From: Candidatus Rifleibacteriota bacterium
GTDB taxonomy: Bacteria; Muiribacteriota; Ozemobacteria; Ozemobacterales; Ozemobacteraceae
Reading direction: 5' to 3'
Assembly (NCBI GenBank): GCA_051747585.1
Contig: JBNJGH010000034.1
Location: 1 to 31,107, forward strand
Length of the DNA: 31,107 bases
Part shown: in pieces, positions 16,999-26,242 of the stretch
How the letters are laid out: every line of letters starts with the position of its first letter
How positions within the stretch are numbered: position 1 is the first letter of the stretch
Notes under the pieces: generated by a model
What the model was told of the DNA's origin: nothing
Seen by the model: the letters and a program-made list of their open reading frames with translations, nothing else
Databases searched by the model: none
Position numbers and translations under genes: made by a program

Positions 16999-17892
16999 AT
17001 GAAATTTGTATTAAGACTTTTATTGGGTTTAATGATATTGGTGCTGCTTTGTTTTAATGCTTTTGTAATTGCATTGCCTGAAGGTTTTTGCGCAGTCGTT
17101 ACGAAATTTGGTAAACCTCAGGAAAATCTCTATGAAGCGGGGCCCCATTTTATCTGGCCCTGGCCCGTTGGCAAAGCTTATATTTTTGATGCAAGAAGCA
17201 GGGTGCACAATACCAGATTCACTCAGACCCTCACAAAAGACAAAAAAGCGGTAATTTTACGAACATATATTGTCTGGAAAATTAAAGATCCTCTGGTTTT
17301 TCTCCAATCTGTCGCCACGGCTGAAAATGCCGAAAGAAAACTCGATAGCCTTGTCTCCAGCTCCAAGAATAATGTTCTGGGAAATTATGAGTTGGCAAAC
17401 CTTGCCTCTACAAATGCCGACAAACTTAAGCTCAAAGAAATCGAAAATAAAATTCATGCCAGTATTGCCCAAAGTGCGTCGAAAAATTTTGGCATCGAAA
17501 TTTCTGAGCTTGGTATAAAGCGACTGGCATATCCGGAAAACAATGTTGAAGCCATCTTTACCCAGATGAGGGCTGAACGAAACCAGTTTGCCTCGAAATA
17601 TCGCGCCGAGGGACGAATGAAAGCTTCTATAATTGTTTCTGAAACAGATCTGGAAGTTGCAAGGCTTAAAGCTGACGCCCGCCGTAAGGCTTCAGAAATC
17701 AAAGGTAAAGCAGACCGTGAAGCAACGGAAATTTTAGCTGAAGCACATAAAGAAGCCGATGAGTTTTATCGCTTCAGTAAATCTCTAGAGGCTATTGAAA
17801 AAATCAGTGGGCAGAACTCTCTGTTTATTTTACGAAGCGATCAGCCACCTTTTTCAACTTTATTGCAGGATAAAGAGGAGCATCTCGAGTGA
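16999..17892 (+). CDS. hflC: HflC-like SPFH protease modulator
   Basis: Single N-terminal TM, VVTKFGKP..EAGPHFIWPWP, TLTKDKK..WKIKDP..F, IFTQMRAER...YRAEG, KGKAD.EA and EFYRF.KSLEA. Confidence 0.88.
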   Translation: MKFVLRLLLGLMILVLLCFNAFVIALPEGFCAVVTKFGKPQENLYEAGPHFIWPWPVGKAYIFDARSRVHNTRFTQTLTKDKKAVILRTYIVWKIKDPLVFLQSVATAENAERKLDSLVSSSKNNVLGNYELANLASTNADKLKLKEIENKIHASIAQSASKNFGIEISELGIKRLAYPENNVEAIFTQMRAERNQFASKYRAEGRMKASIIVSETDLEVARLKADARRKASEIKGKADREATEILAEAHKEADEFYRFSKSLEAIEKISGQNSLFILRSDQPPFSTLLQDKEEHLE

Positions 17893-18941
17893 AAAACAGC
17901 AAGGCATTTCTGGCAACAATCGATGATTTAATGCGCCTTTTACAGCTGGTAATGCTGGTTGTTTTTCTGTTTTATTGCTTTTCGGGAATCACCCTGATAA
18001 AACCCGGTGAAGTCGCCATCGTGCTCAGACTTGGCAGTCTGGTTGGCGATAATCCCGCCGACCAGCTCAACCGAGAAGGATGGTTGTTTGCTTTTCCTTA
18101 CCCTTTCGATGAAATTATAAGAATACCCGAAAAAGAAATCAGAGAAATCAGTATTACAGAATTAAAAACTGTAGAAAAAAAGAAAGAAGAAGAAACCGTT
18201 GCAATAGATGCCATTGAAGAAGGCTATTGTATCAGCGCCGATCAAAATATCTTTCAGACAGCGGTAAAGGTTAAATTTCAGGTTTTTGATCCGGTAAAGG
18301 CAATTTTTAATTTTCAGGATGCATTTTTGTCTTTGAATCAGCTGATTCATGATCTGGTGGTTAAAGAAATTACTCAGGTTTCCGTGGGTTATAAAATTGA
18401 TGAAATTCTTACCGACGGTAAAGAAAAACTTGCTTTAAAAGTCAGTGAGAATGTGCAACAGCAATTAAACAATGCTCAAAGCGGCATTAGAATAATTTCG
18501 ATCGAATTTGATGAATTGAATCCGCCTTTGAGTTTAAAATATGAATTTGAGCAGGTTAATTCTGCCTATATCCAAAGAGAAAATTTTATTAACGAAGCAA
18601 AAGGAAGAAGAGAGGAAATGCTGCCCGAAGCCAGGGCATCCCGAGATGAAATCCTTAACAAAGCTTATACTTATGAGCAGGAGGTAGTTTCTAAAGCCAG
18701 CGCCCGGGCCGGTGAGTTCTTGCAGCTGTATGCCGCTTATGAAAACGATCCTCAGCAAATCAGGGCTGAGTTGCTCAACAAAGCCAGAAGCAGGGTCTTT
18801 GCCAAAATTGCTGACCTTGTGCTGATGCCCGAAGAGAAACTCTGCCCGGCCGGTATTTTTACTTTTCTTGAGAATACCCAGGGCAAAGCTCTTCCGCTTC
18901 CGGTAGATTACCAGGAGCTTTATTCGGAGGATGAATACTGA
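17889..18941 (+). CDS. hflK: HflK-like SPFH protease modulator
   Basis: GTG start after GAGGAG, overlapping the hflC stop. SGITLIKPGEVAIVLRLG, FAFPYPFDE, GYCISADQNI, LNPP...FEQVNSA and LPEARA. Confidence 0.85.
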   Translation: MKNSKAFLATIDDLMRLLQLVMLVVFLFYCFSGITLIKPGEVAIVLRLGSLVGDNPADQLNREGWLFAFPYPFDEIIRIPEKEIREISITELKTVEKKKEEETVAIDAIEEGYCISADQNIFQTAVKVKFQVFDPVKAIFNFQDAFLSLNQLIHDLVVKEITQVSVGYKIDEILTDGKEKLALKVSENVQQQLNNAQSGIRIISIEFDELNPPLSLKYEFEQVNSAYIQRENFINEAKGRREEMLPEARASRDEILNKAYTYEQEVVSKASARAGEFLQLYAAYENDPQQIRAELLNKARSRVFAKIADLVLMPEEKLCPAGIFTFLENTQGKALPLPVDYQELYSEDEY

Positions 18942-20857
18942 TGAGCAGCCGGCAAACAGAGAACGATAACCGGAAACAGAGTCCCGAAAAAACATTTTCC
19001 AGTGGATTGAAAACCATAGTACAGCTTAAAATTGTTAATGCCGTCATTGCTACGGTTTTTCTTTTGACCGGCATGGTTTATCGTAAATTTTTTCCTCAAC
19101 AGGCCCAGGTAGGCGAATTACTTTCTTTGATTGCTGCTCTTTCGGTTTTTATTCCGGTGTTTATCAATGCAGTAAAAGGATTCTTCGTCAGTGAAAGCCA
19201 CTTTATGACTGAGCAGCTGGTGATGTTCGCAACATTGGCACTTATTGTAAATGGTGACCTCGAGGTCGCAACTCTGATACCTATAATAATGGTCGTTGGG
19301 CATCTACTCGAAGAAAAAAGTATTATCGGTGTCGAAGAGGCTATAAATACACTTCGAAAACTTTCATCCAACAAAGCTCATTTGCTGCAGGGAGATAAAG
19401 AAAAAACTATCGAAATCAGTGAGCTTAAAATTAATGATGAAGTTGTTATTTACCCGGGTGAAACCGTTCCTGTGGATGGTACCGTGGTGAAAGGGACGTC
19501 TTTGATCGATCAGGCTCATGTAACAGGTGAGTCGGCTCCGGCTGAAGTCGAAGACGGTAACCAGATTTTCGCCGGAACCATGAATATTAACGGCAAGCTT
19601 GTTGTCCGGGTAAATCGTACTGCAGACAACTCTCTTTTAAGCAATATTGTCGCATTGCTCGAGAAAGCCGGAAGCTCTAAAACCCCGATTATAAAAATTA
19701 TCGAAAAATACATGGATCTTTATTTTCCCGCCGTTATTATGATTGCAGCCATTACTCTTTTTGTTACCCATGACATTTCACGTCTGGTAACGGTTCTGGT
19801 CATAAGTTGCCCGTGCGCTTTTGTTCTTGCAAGCCCTTCGGCAATGATTGCCGCCCTTGTACTTGCCTCACGGCGTGGCATCATGATACGCAACTCTGCT
19901 TTTGTTGAAGCGGTGGCAGGTGTAGACACTCTTGTTTTCGACAAAACTGGAACTATTACATCCGGCATATTTCAGGTGGTTAATCTGCATCCCGAGCCGG
20001 AAGTAACCGAGCAAGAACTTTTGAGAGCTGCAGGAATATGTGCTGCCGGTTCGATTCACCCGGTTTCTCAAGCGGTAAACAGCTATTTAAATGAAATTAA
20101 ATTTGAAGTTCCAAAGGCCAACTCCCAAGAAGAGCTCCACGGTAAGGGGGTAAGAGCACGGGTCGACAACACTACTTATCTCCTGGGAAAAGAAAAATGG
20201 GTCTGGTCAGAAACAGGATGTAGCAGCAATTCTCAGCATCTGGATAATTCTTTCAGTACTGTCTGGGTTGCGATCGATCAAAAAATTCTGGGTTATTTTA
20301 CCATGGCTGATCTACCCAGGCCTGAACTTAAAAAAGTGCTGGCAGAAAGTAGAGAAGCGGGAGTCGAAAAGCTGGTGCTTTTAACCGGAGATAAAAAGTC
20401 AGTTGGCGAAAAAATAGGTCGAATGTTTGGCTTTGATTGTATTGAATCCGAATGCTTGCCTCAGCATAAACTCGATTTAATTAAAAAAATGCAAAGCGAG
20501 GGTCACAGAGTCATGTTTATAGGCGACGGCATTAATGATGCCTTAGCACTTAAAGCCGGTGATATAGGTGTTGCTATCGGACAAACCGGAGCCGATATTG
20601 CTATCCAAAGTTCAGATATTACTTTAAAAAATGACCAGCTTACCAGTTTGCCTTTTTTGTTCAAGCTTTCTAAGGCAATTCACCTGATTATCAATCAGAA
20701 TATTATAATTGGTACCGGATTCGGGCTTGTGATGATCGCTATGGCAACTCTTGGCGCAATAACCCCTGTCTGGGGAGCAATCGCGCATAACCTTGGAACT
20801 TTTTTCGTTCTGGTTAACAGTGCAAGGCTGCTTCGCGAAAAACCCGATTTCGACTAA
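18941..20857 (+). CDS. Heavy-metal-translocating P1B-type ATPase (CPC motif, no N-terminal HMA domain)
   Basis: PGETVPVDG, TGES, VISCPCA, phosphorylation motif FDKTGT, SIHP, LTGD, GDGINDA and last-TM AHNLGT. TGATG overlap with hflK. Confidence 0.94.
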   Translation: MSSRQTENDNRKQSPEKTFSSGLKTIVQLKIVNAVIATVFLLTGMVYRKFFPQQAQVGELLSLIAALSVFIPVFINAVKGFFVSESHFMTEQLVMFATLALIVNGDLEVATLIPIIMVVGHLLEEKSIIGVEEAINTLRKLSSNKAHLLQGDKEKTIEISELKINDEVVIYPGETVPVDGTVVKGTSLIDQAHVTGESAPAEVEDGNQIFAGTMNINGKLVVRVNRTADNSLLSNIVALLEKAGSSKTPIIKIIEKYMDLYFPAVIMIAAITLFVTHDISRLVTVLVISCPCAFVLASPSAMIAALVLASRRGIMIRNSAFVEAVAGVDTLVFDKTGTITSGIFQVVNLHPEPEVTEQELLRAAGICAAGSIHPVSQAVNSYLNEIKFEVPKANSQEELHGKGVRARVDNTTYLLGKEKWVWSETGCSSNSQHLDNSFSTVWVAIDQKILGYFTMADLPRPELKKVLAESREAGVEKLVLLTGDKKSVGEKIGRMFGFDCIESECLPQHKLDLIKKMQSEGHRVMFIGDGINDALALKAGDIGVAIGQTGADIAIQSSDITLKNDQLTSLPFLFKLSKAIHLIINQNIIIGTGFGLVMIAMATLGAITPVWGAIAHNLGTFFVLVNSARLLREKPDFD

Positions 20858-20875
20858 TATCTCTTTTGTTTTGAG

Positions 20876-20904
20876 TTGGGTTAGGTATGTTAATGTGTTA
20901 TAAT
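20876..20904 (+). promoter_or_regulatory. Candidate extended -10 promoter for ferredoxin-hut-aroF
   Basis: TTGGGT (20876-20881)-17bp-TATAAT (20899-20904), with TG at 20896-20897. Confidence 0.5.
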
Positions 20905-20914
20905 CAGGCTTATA

Positions 20915-21172
20915 ATGAATGAAGGGCGCTATATAAATTACAGACTTGGTGGCGGCGAATGGAAACCCAGATTTATTGCCAGTCTCGATCAAAAACTCTG
21001 CAATCAGTGTTTGACCTGTGTTAACGCTTGCCCGGCCGGAGTTTTTGTTAGAACGGTTAAGGGTACAGTTGAACCCCTGCGAAAAGAAGAATGTCTTGGT
21101 TGTGCCATTTGTGAGCGACTTTGCCCGGCCGAGGCCATCAGTTGCGCATATTTTGAAGATTTGGAAAAATAA
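20915..21172 (+). CDS. 2x[4Fe-4S] dicluster ferredoxin
   Basis: Two CxxCxxCxxxCP motifs (CNQCLTCVNACP, CLGCAICERLCP); 85 aa. Confidence 0.9.
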   Translation: MNEGRYINYRLGGGEWKPRFIASLDQKLCNQCLTCVNACPAGVFVRTVKGTVEPLRKEECLGCAICERLCPAEAISCAYFEDLEK

Positions 21173-21202
21173 AAAATTAGTTAGAGTCAATGAAAGGAAT
21201 GA

Positions 21203-22729
21203 ATGCCAATGATTACACTTGATGGCAGAAGTCTTAATCTTGATAATCTCTGGCAGATTGCCAGCGGTGAAAAGGTGGCTATATGCCCTGAAGCTATGGA
21301 AAAAGTTAAGGCTTCAAGAAATATAGTTGAGAATCTTATTGAAAAAGATCAGGTTGTTTACGGCATAACAACAGGTTTTGGCCATTTGTGCAATACCCGT
21401 ATAGATCGAGGCGATCTGGGACGATTACAGACCAATCTTATTAGAAGTCATGCCACCGGCGTTGGTGACCCATTTGATGCAGAATCGGTTAGAGCAATGA
21501 TTGCGGTAAGGGTAAACTCGCTGTTACATGGTGTAAGCGGTGTAAGACCTGTTGTAATCAACACGCTGATTGAGCTTCTCAATAAAAATATTATACCATG
21601 GGTGCCCCAGCAGGGCTCTGTCGGTTGTTCGGGCGATCTGGCCCCTCTTGCCCATATAATGCTTGTTATAATGGGTGAAGGAGATATACTTGCCGGTGAT
21701 TGCTGCAAAAGTGAACCAGCCGCGCCTGCCCTCGAAAAAGCCGGAATAAAACCTGTTCAGCTTCAGGCAAAAGAAGGTCTTGCGCTTATAAACGGTACGT
21801 CGGTCATGACCGGGGTGCTGGCGTTGACTCTTCACAAGGCGTTGCACTTGTCAAGGTCGGCCGATATTATTGCCAGCATGACAATAGAAATGGTTAAGGG
21901 CTCAACCAGTCCTTTTGATCCTGACTTTATAAAGCTCCGCCCTTACCCGGGTATGCAGCAGGTAGCTTCAAATGTTCTTGCCTGTGTTGCAGATTCAGAG
22001 GTTCGAGACAGTCATCTGGGCTGTACAAAGGTTCAGGATGCTTATAGTTTGCGTTGTATTCCTCAGGTTCACGGTGCAACTCGTGAAAACCTGAATCATC
22101 TGGTTGATCAGGTGTGCATAGAGCTTAATGCGGTAACTGATAATCCTATAATTTTAAGAGAAGACAAAATTATTTCCGGTGGTCATTTCCATGGGCAACC
22201 AATGGCTTTTGCCGCTGATTACCTTGGTATTATTGTGTCAGAACTGGCCAACATCAGCGAACGCAGAATCGACAGACTTTTGAATCCTCTAATTAATGAA
22301 ACCAAACCCTTTTTGTCGGTTGATCCCGGCGTTAATTCCGGATTGATGATTATTCAGTATACTGCCGCTTCTCTCGTAAGTGAAAACAAGGTGCTGGCGC
22401 ACCCTGCATCGGTTGATTCTATTCCGACTTCGGCATATCAGGAAGACCATGTAAGTATGGGAACCATCGCAGCGCGCAAGGCTCGCCAAATTCTGAAGCA
22501 CAGTATGCAGGTGTTAGCTATCGAGTGGGTAAGCGCAGCCCAGGCTTATGAATTCGTTAAACCTCTCAAGCTGGGGAAAGGTACCGAGCAGGCTTATCTC
22601 TTGTTGCGCGAACATGTCGCCGCCCTGGAAGAAGACAGAATTCTTGCGCCCGATCTCAGGCTTGCCAGCGAGCTTTTATGGCAGAACCAACTTACCGATC
22701 ACGTAGGTAAAGTGGTAAAACTTGTTTAA
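21203..22729 (+). CDS. hutH: Histidine ammonia-lyase
   Basis: VYGITTGFG, NLIRSHA (SH specificity pair), GSVGCSGDLAPLAH, KEGLALINGT, QDAYSLRCIPQVHG and QEDHVSMG. Confidence 0.95.
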   Translation: MPMITLDGRSLNLDNLWQIASGEKVAICPEAMEKVKASRNIVENLIEKDQVVYGITTGFGHLCNTRIDRGDLGRLQTNLIRSHATGVGDPFDAESVRAMIAVRVNSLLHGVSGVRPVVINTLIELLNKNIIPWVPQQGSVGCSGDLAPLAHIMLVIMGEGDILAGDCCKSEPAAPALEKAGIKPVQLQAKEGLALINGTSVMTGVLALTLHKALHLSRSADIIASMTIEMVKGSTSPFDPDFIKLRPYPGMQQVASNVLACVADSEVRDSHLGCTKVQDAYSLRCIPQVHGATRENLNHLVDQVCIELNAVTDNPIILREDKIISGGHFHGQPMAFAADYLGIIVSELANISERRIDRLLNPLINETKPFLSVDPGVNSGLMIIQYTAASLVSENKVLAHPASVDSIPTSAYQEDHVSMGTIAARKARQILKHSMQVLAIEWVSAAQAYEFVKPLKLGKGTEQAYLLLREHVAALEEDRILAPDLRLASELLWQNQLTDHVGKVVKLV

Positions 22730-22752
22730 TTATATTGCTACAGGAGAATTCT

Positions 22753-24042
22753 ATGACTGAAAATCAAAACATACCTCAAAAGGTTAAAGCTGATTTTGTT
22801 TTACATAATGTTGATTGTGCCGTTACTTATCCTGAACCTTACCGGGGGAAGGGCAGTAACCCCGGTTGGGAAGTAGAAGAAGAAAAAAATGTTTCTATAG
22901 CTTCTCTGGCGGGTGAAATTGTCTGGATAGGCCCCGCAGCTGAATTGACTAATTATGTCGAAGTTCTGCAGGATTGTCGATTTTATAATGGCACCGGACT
23001 GCTTGCTTTGCCGGGCTTTGTCGATTCCCACACCCATCTTGTTTATGTGGGTGACCGCAGTGATGAGTTCGAAATGAGGGTTCAGGGTAGAGATTATCTT
23101 GATATTCTGGCAGCGGGCGGCGGCATTTTGAGAACCACCGGTGCTATCAGAGATTTATCCGAAGATGCTGTTTTTGAAGAATCGGCCATGCGCCTGGAAA
23201 CTGCTATGGAGTGGGGCACTACCTGTATCGAGATTAAAAGTGGCTATGGGCTCGATCTTAAAAATGAATTAAAAATGCTTCGGGTAATTGATCGACTTAA
23301 AAAGGTTTATCCGATTCGTATAATTCCTACTTTTATGGGGGCACATGCGATTCCGGCCGAACATAAGGCCGACAGTGACAAGTTCGTTGATGAAATCTGC
23401 CGGGAATGGATTCCTGAAGTTGCAGCTCAAAAGCTTGCTGTTTTTAATGATGTTTTTACCGAAAACAAAGCTTTTTCGTTGGAACAATCGCGCAAGGTGC
23501 TCGAAGCCGGTCTCGAACATGGCTTGAAGGCGCGTATTCATGCCGACGAAGTAAATGTGCTTGGCGGAGTTGATCTGGCAGTTGACCTTGGCTGTGTAAG
23601 TGCAGACCACCTGCTTGTTACCAATGATGAAGGAATAAACAAACTTGCCGGTTCCGGCGTGATTCCGACAGTTCTGCCCGGAACTTCTACATATTTAATG
23701 GAATCTCATCATGCGCCGGCCAGAAAAATGATCGAAGCCGGTCTGCCGCTGGCAATTGCATCAGACCATAACCCCGGCAGCTGTCAGTTCCTTGGTGCAT
23801 CTATGATTCAATCATTGGCAATGCTTCAATTGAGAATGAATTCTTCAGAAGCTTTGATTGCCGGCACTCTTCATGCCGCTCATGCCCTGGATCTTGGAGA
23901 TAAGATCGGTGCCATCGAGGTAGGACGGCGCATGGATATCGCGTTGTTTGAATTAAATTCATTCAGGGAAATCGGGTATAGAGCGGGGCAAAATTTCCTT
24001 GCAGATCTTATTATTGATGCTCAGCCGGTTTTCAGCGAATAG
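22753..24042 (+). CDS. hutI: Imidazolonepropionase
   Basis: PGFVDSHTH, GGGIL.T, EIKSGYGL, TFMGAH, IHADE, SADHL and ASDHNPGS. Start is the ATG at 22753 after AGGAG. Confidence 0.95.
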   Translation: MTENQNIPQKVKADFVLHNVDCAVTYPEPYRGKGSNPGWEVEEEKNVSIASLAGEIVWIGPAAELTNYVEVLQDCRFYNGTGLLALPGFVDSHTHLVYVGDRSDEFEMRVQGRDYLDILAAGGGILRTTGAIRDLSEDAVFEESAMRLETAMEWGTTCIEIKSGYGLDLKNELKMLRVIDRLKKVYPIRIIPTFMGAHAIPAEHKADSDKFVDEICREWIPEVAAQKLAVFNDVFTENKAFSLEQSRKVLEAGLEHGLKARIHADEVNVLGGVDLAVDLGCVSADHLLVTNDEGINKLAGSGVIPTVLPGTSTYLMESHHAPARKMIEAGLPLAIASDHNPGSCQFLGASMIQSLAMLQLRMNSSEALIAGTLHAAHALDLGDKIGAIEVGRRMDIALFELNSFREIGYRAGQNFLADLIIDAQPVFSE

Positions 24043-24071
24043 TTGCTAATTAATTACAGGAGCCAATTAAA

Positions 24072-25118
24072 ATGATTCTGGTATTAGACCCGGATTTAAA
24101 CAAACAAAAACAGAATGACATTTGCCTGAAGTTGCAAAAAGAGGGCTTCTTTACCAGACTGGTCAGCCAGTATGGCCGGTTGATTATCGCACTTGATGGC
24201 TCCATGACAGAAAAATTCGCCCAAAAGGTTGCGGCCTGGACAGGAATTAAAGAGGTTCTACGCGGTCGAAACCCTTATTTTCTTGCTTCGAGGCGCTGTA
24301 ATTCGGCAAATTCCGAGATAAAAGTTGGAGACGCTGAAAATATTGTTGCTTTTGGCGGTGATAACGTTGTTTGTATTGCCGGGCCTTGTGCAATTGAAAC
24401 TGAAGAAGAAGCCCTTAAGCTGGCGCATGAACTCAAAAATATGGGGGCTGAAATCTTCAGAGCGATGATCTTTAAACCCCGTTCTTCGCCCTATTCTTTT
24501 CAGGGCCTGGGCCGGTCCGGGTTACCCATACTGAAAAAAATAAAGCAGGAAACCGGCATGCTTTTATTGACCGAGGTTCGAGAGCCTCTTGAAGCTGAGC
24601 TTGTTCAAGACATTGCAGATATCATTCAGGTCGGCACAAGAAACATGAGCAATTTTCAGCTGCTTAAGCATCTTGGTCAGTTAAACAAACCGGTGCTTTT
24701 AAAAAGAGGTATGGGCGCAACCGTCGAAGAATTGCTTTGTGCCGCAGAATACATCCTGGCTCACGGAAATCCGGACGTTATACTTTGCGAACGGGGTATA
24801 AGAACTTTCGAGCATTACACAAGATTCAGCCTGGATATCGGAGCCATACCGGCGATTAAAGAACTCTCGCATCTTCCTGTAATTGTCGATCCAAGTCATG
24901 CAAGCGGCAAAAGTTCTTTGGTTAAGCCGCTGGCAATGGCTGGAATCGCTGCCGGTGCAGACGGGCTTATGGTAGAAGTCCATCCGGAACCTTGCCGAGC
25001 GTTTTCTGATGGAATCCAGTCTGTTAAACCCGAGGAGTTTAAAGATATGTTTAAAAATGTCGCGCAGATAGCCCGAGCTGTTGGAAGAAAGGTTAAAGAA
25101 CGCCCTCAGCTATCTTAA
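24072..25118 (+). CDS. aroF: 3-deoxy-7-phosphoheptulonate (DAHP) synthase, type I-beta, with N-terminal regulatory domain
   Basis: IAGPCAIE, FKPRSSPYSFQGLG, QVGTRNMSNF, LLKRG, LCERGIRTFE, VDPSHASG and MVEVHPEP..AFSDG; SD AGGAG. Confidence 0.93.
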   Translation: MILVLDPDLNKQKQNDICLKLQKEGFFTRLVSQYGRLIIALDGSMTEKFAQKVAAWTGIKEVLRGRNPYFLASRRCNSANSEIKVGDAENIVAFGGDNVVCIAGPCAIETEEEALKLAHELKNMGAEIFRAMIFKPRSSPYSFQGLGRSGLPILKKIKQETGMLLLTEVREPLEAELVQDIADIIQVGTRNMSNFQLLKHLGQLNKPVLLKRGMGATVEELLCAAEYILAHGNPDVILCERGIRTFEHYTRFSLDIGAIPAIKELSHLPVIVDPSHASGKSSLVKPLAMAGIAAGADGLMVEVHPEPCRAFSDGIQSVKPEEFKDMFKNVAQIARAVGRKVKERPQLS

Positions 25119-26145
25119 AGAGCTTGCTCATTTCATTTTGCTCTCTGCCGCTCATGATTAAAATTAGATAATCACCGGCATCTATCTTTAACTCATCAGC
25201 GGGGAGCTTATATAGCTGGCGTCTGCCCTCTTTGTCGCACTTGCACAAACCGATGGGCAGAACATTATGCTTTTCTTTCAGTTCTTTGAATACCTCACCA
25301 TAGGTTTTGCCCTTCAAGGGGTTAGTGTCGGTAATCTTGTATTCTTTAATATCGTAGTCTTCACTTTTTTCAGATATAGTAAGCAGGTCGTTGGTCAGGT
25401 CGGCTACGTCAGGTTCAAAGATATAGCTCGCCATAAGTTTAGAAGCAATCTCGTTTTTAGTTAGAACAAACTCTGCGCCGGCAGAATAAAAAGTGTTGGC
25501 CAGGTCAGAGTTATCCAGAGCAACAATAAAACGAGTCCTGGGGTATTCCTTCTTTATGTTGAGCATGCTTATCAATTTTTCGGTGTCATTGGTGAGATTC
25601 ACAAAAACTATGGCAGATTTATTTATATTAGCCTTTTCGTACAAGCTGCTGTTTTTAAGATCCGAAAAAAGACAGAAAATGTTTTCTGAAGGAAATTCTG
25701 TGTTGATGAGATCTATGTCGTTCTTGTCATCGGTAATGATGGCAATGCGTTTGTCTGCATGTACTAAATCTTTTATTATTGATTTGGCAAAATTGTTCCA
25801 GCCGACTACAACTATATGCTTCTCAAAATCTGTTCCATAAAAACCCATTTTTTTTCTCCATTGTATATCTGAAATAAACTCTGTCGCCTTACCAATGATG
25901 TAGCCCAGCACACCCAGACTGCCAATGATAAGCAACAGTGCCAAAAATTTTCCGATCGGCGTTATCGGGTAAAAGTCTCCGTAGCCTACGGTTGTTAAAG
26001 TTACCAACGAATACCAGAGTGCGTCGGAAAAACATTTTATGTTGCTGCTTTCATTGACAGATTCGACAAGACTCAAAACCCAAAGTAAAGCAAAATACAG
26101 AAATAATGCAATAAGCAGCCTGAAGCCAGAACCTTTGTTTTTCAT
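25093..26145 (-). CDS. Potassium channel (2TM pore plus RCK/TrkA N and C domains)
   Basis: Selectivity filter ALWYSLVTLTTVGYGDFYP and RCK start HIVVVGWN. Its 3' end overlaps the aroF 3' end by 26 bp. Confidence 0.92.
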   Translation of the reverse strand: MKNKGSGFRLLIALFLYFALLWVLSLVESVNESSNIKCFSDALWYSLVTLTTVGYGDFYPITPIGKFLALLLIIGSLGVLGYIIGKATEFISDIQWRKKMGFYGTDFEKHIVVVGWNNFAKSIIKDLVHADKRIAIITDDKNDIDLINTEFPSENIFCLFSDLKNSSLYEKANINKSAIVFVNLTNDTEKLISMLNIKKEYPRTRFIVALDNSDLANTFYSAGAEFVLTKNEIASKLMASYIFEPDVADLTNDLLTISEKSEDYDIKEYKITDTNPLKGKTYGEVFKELKEKHNVLPIGLCKCDKEGRRQLYKLPADELKIDAGDYLILIMSGREQNEMSKLFKIAEGVL

Positions 26146-26242
26146 TTTTTATCCCGAAAGTTTAAGTTTAAATATAAACTATCACAAAACTACCAATATC
26201 CCAAGTTTGCCAAGCTAAGTTTTTCCCTGTTTCGCTATTCGG

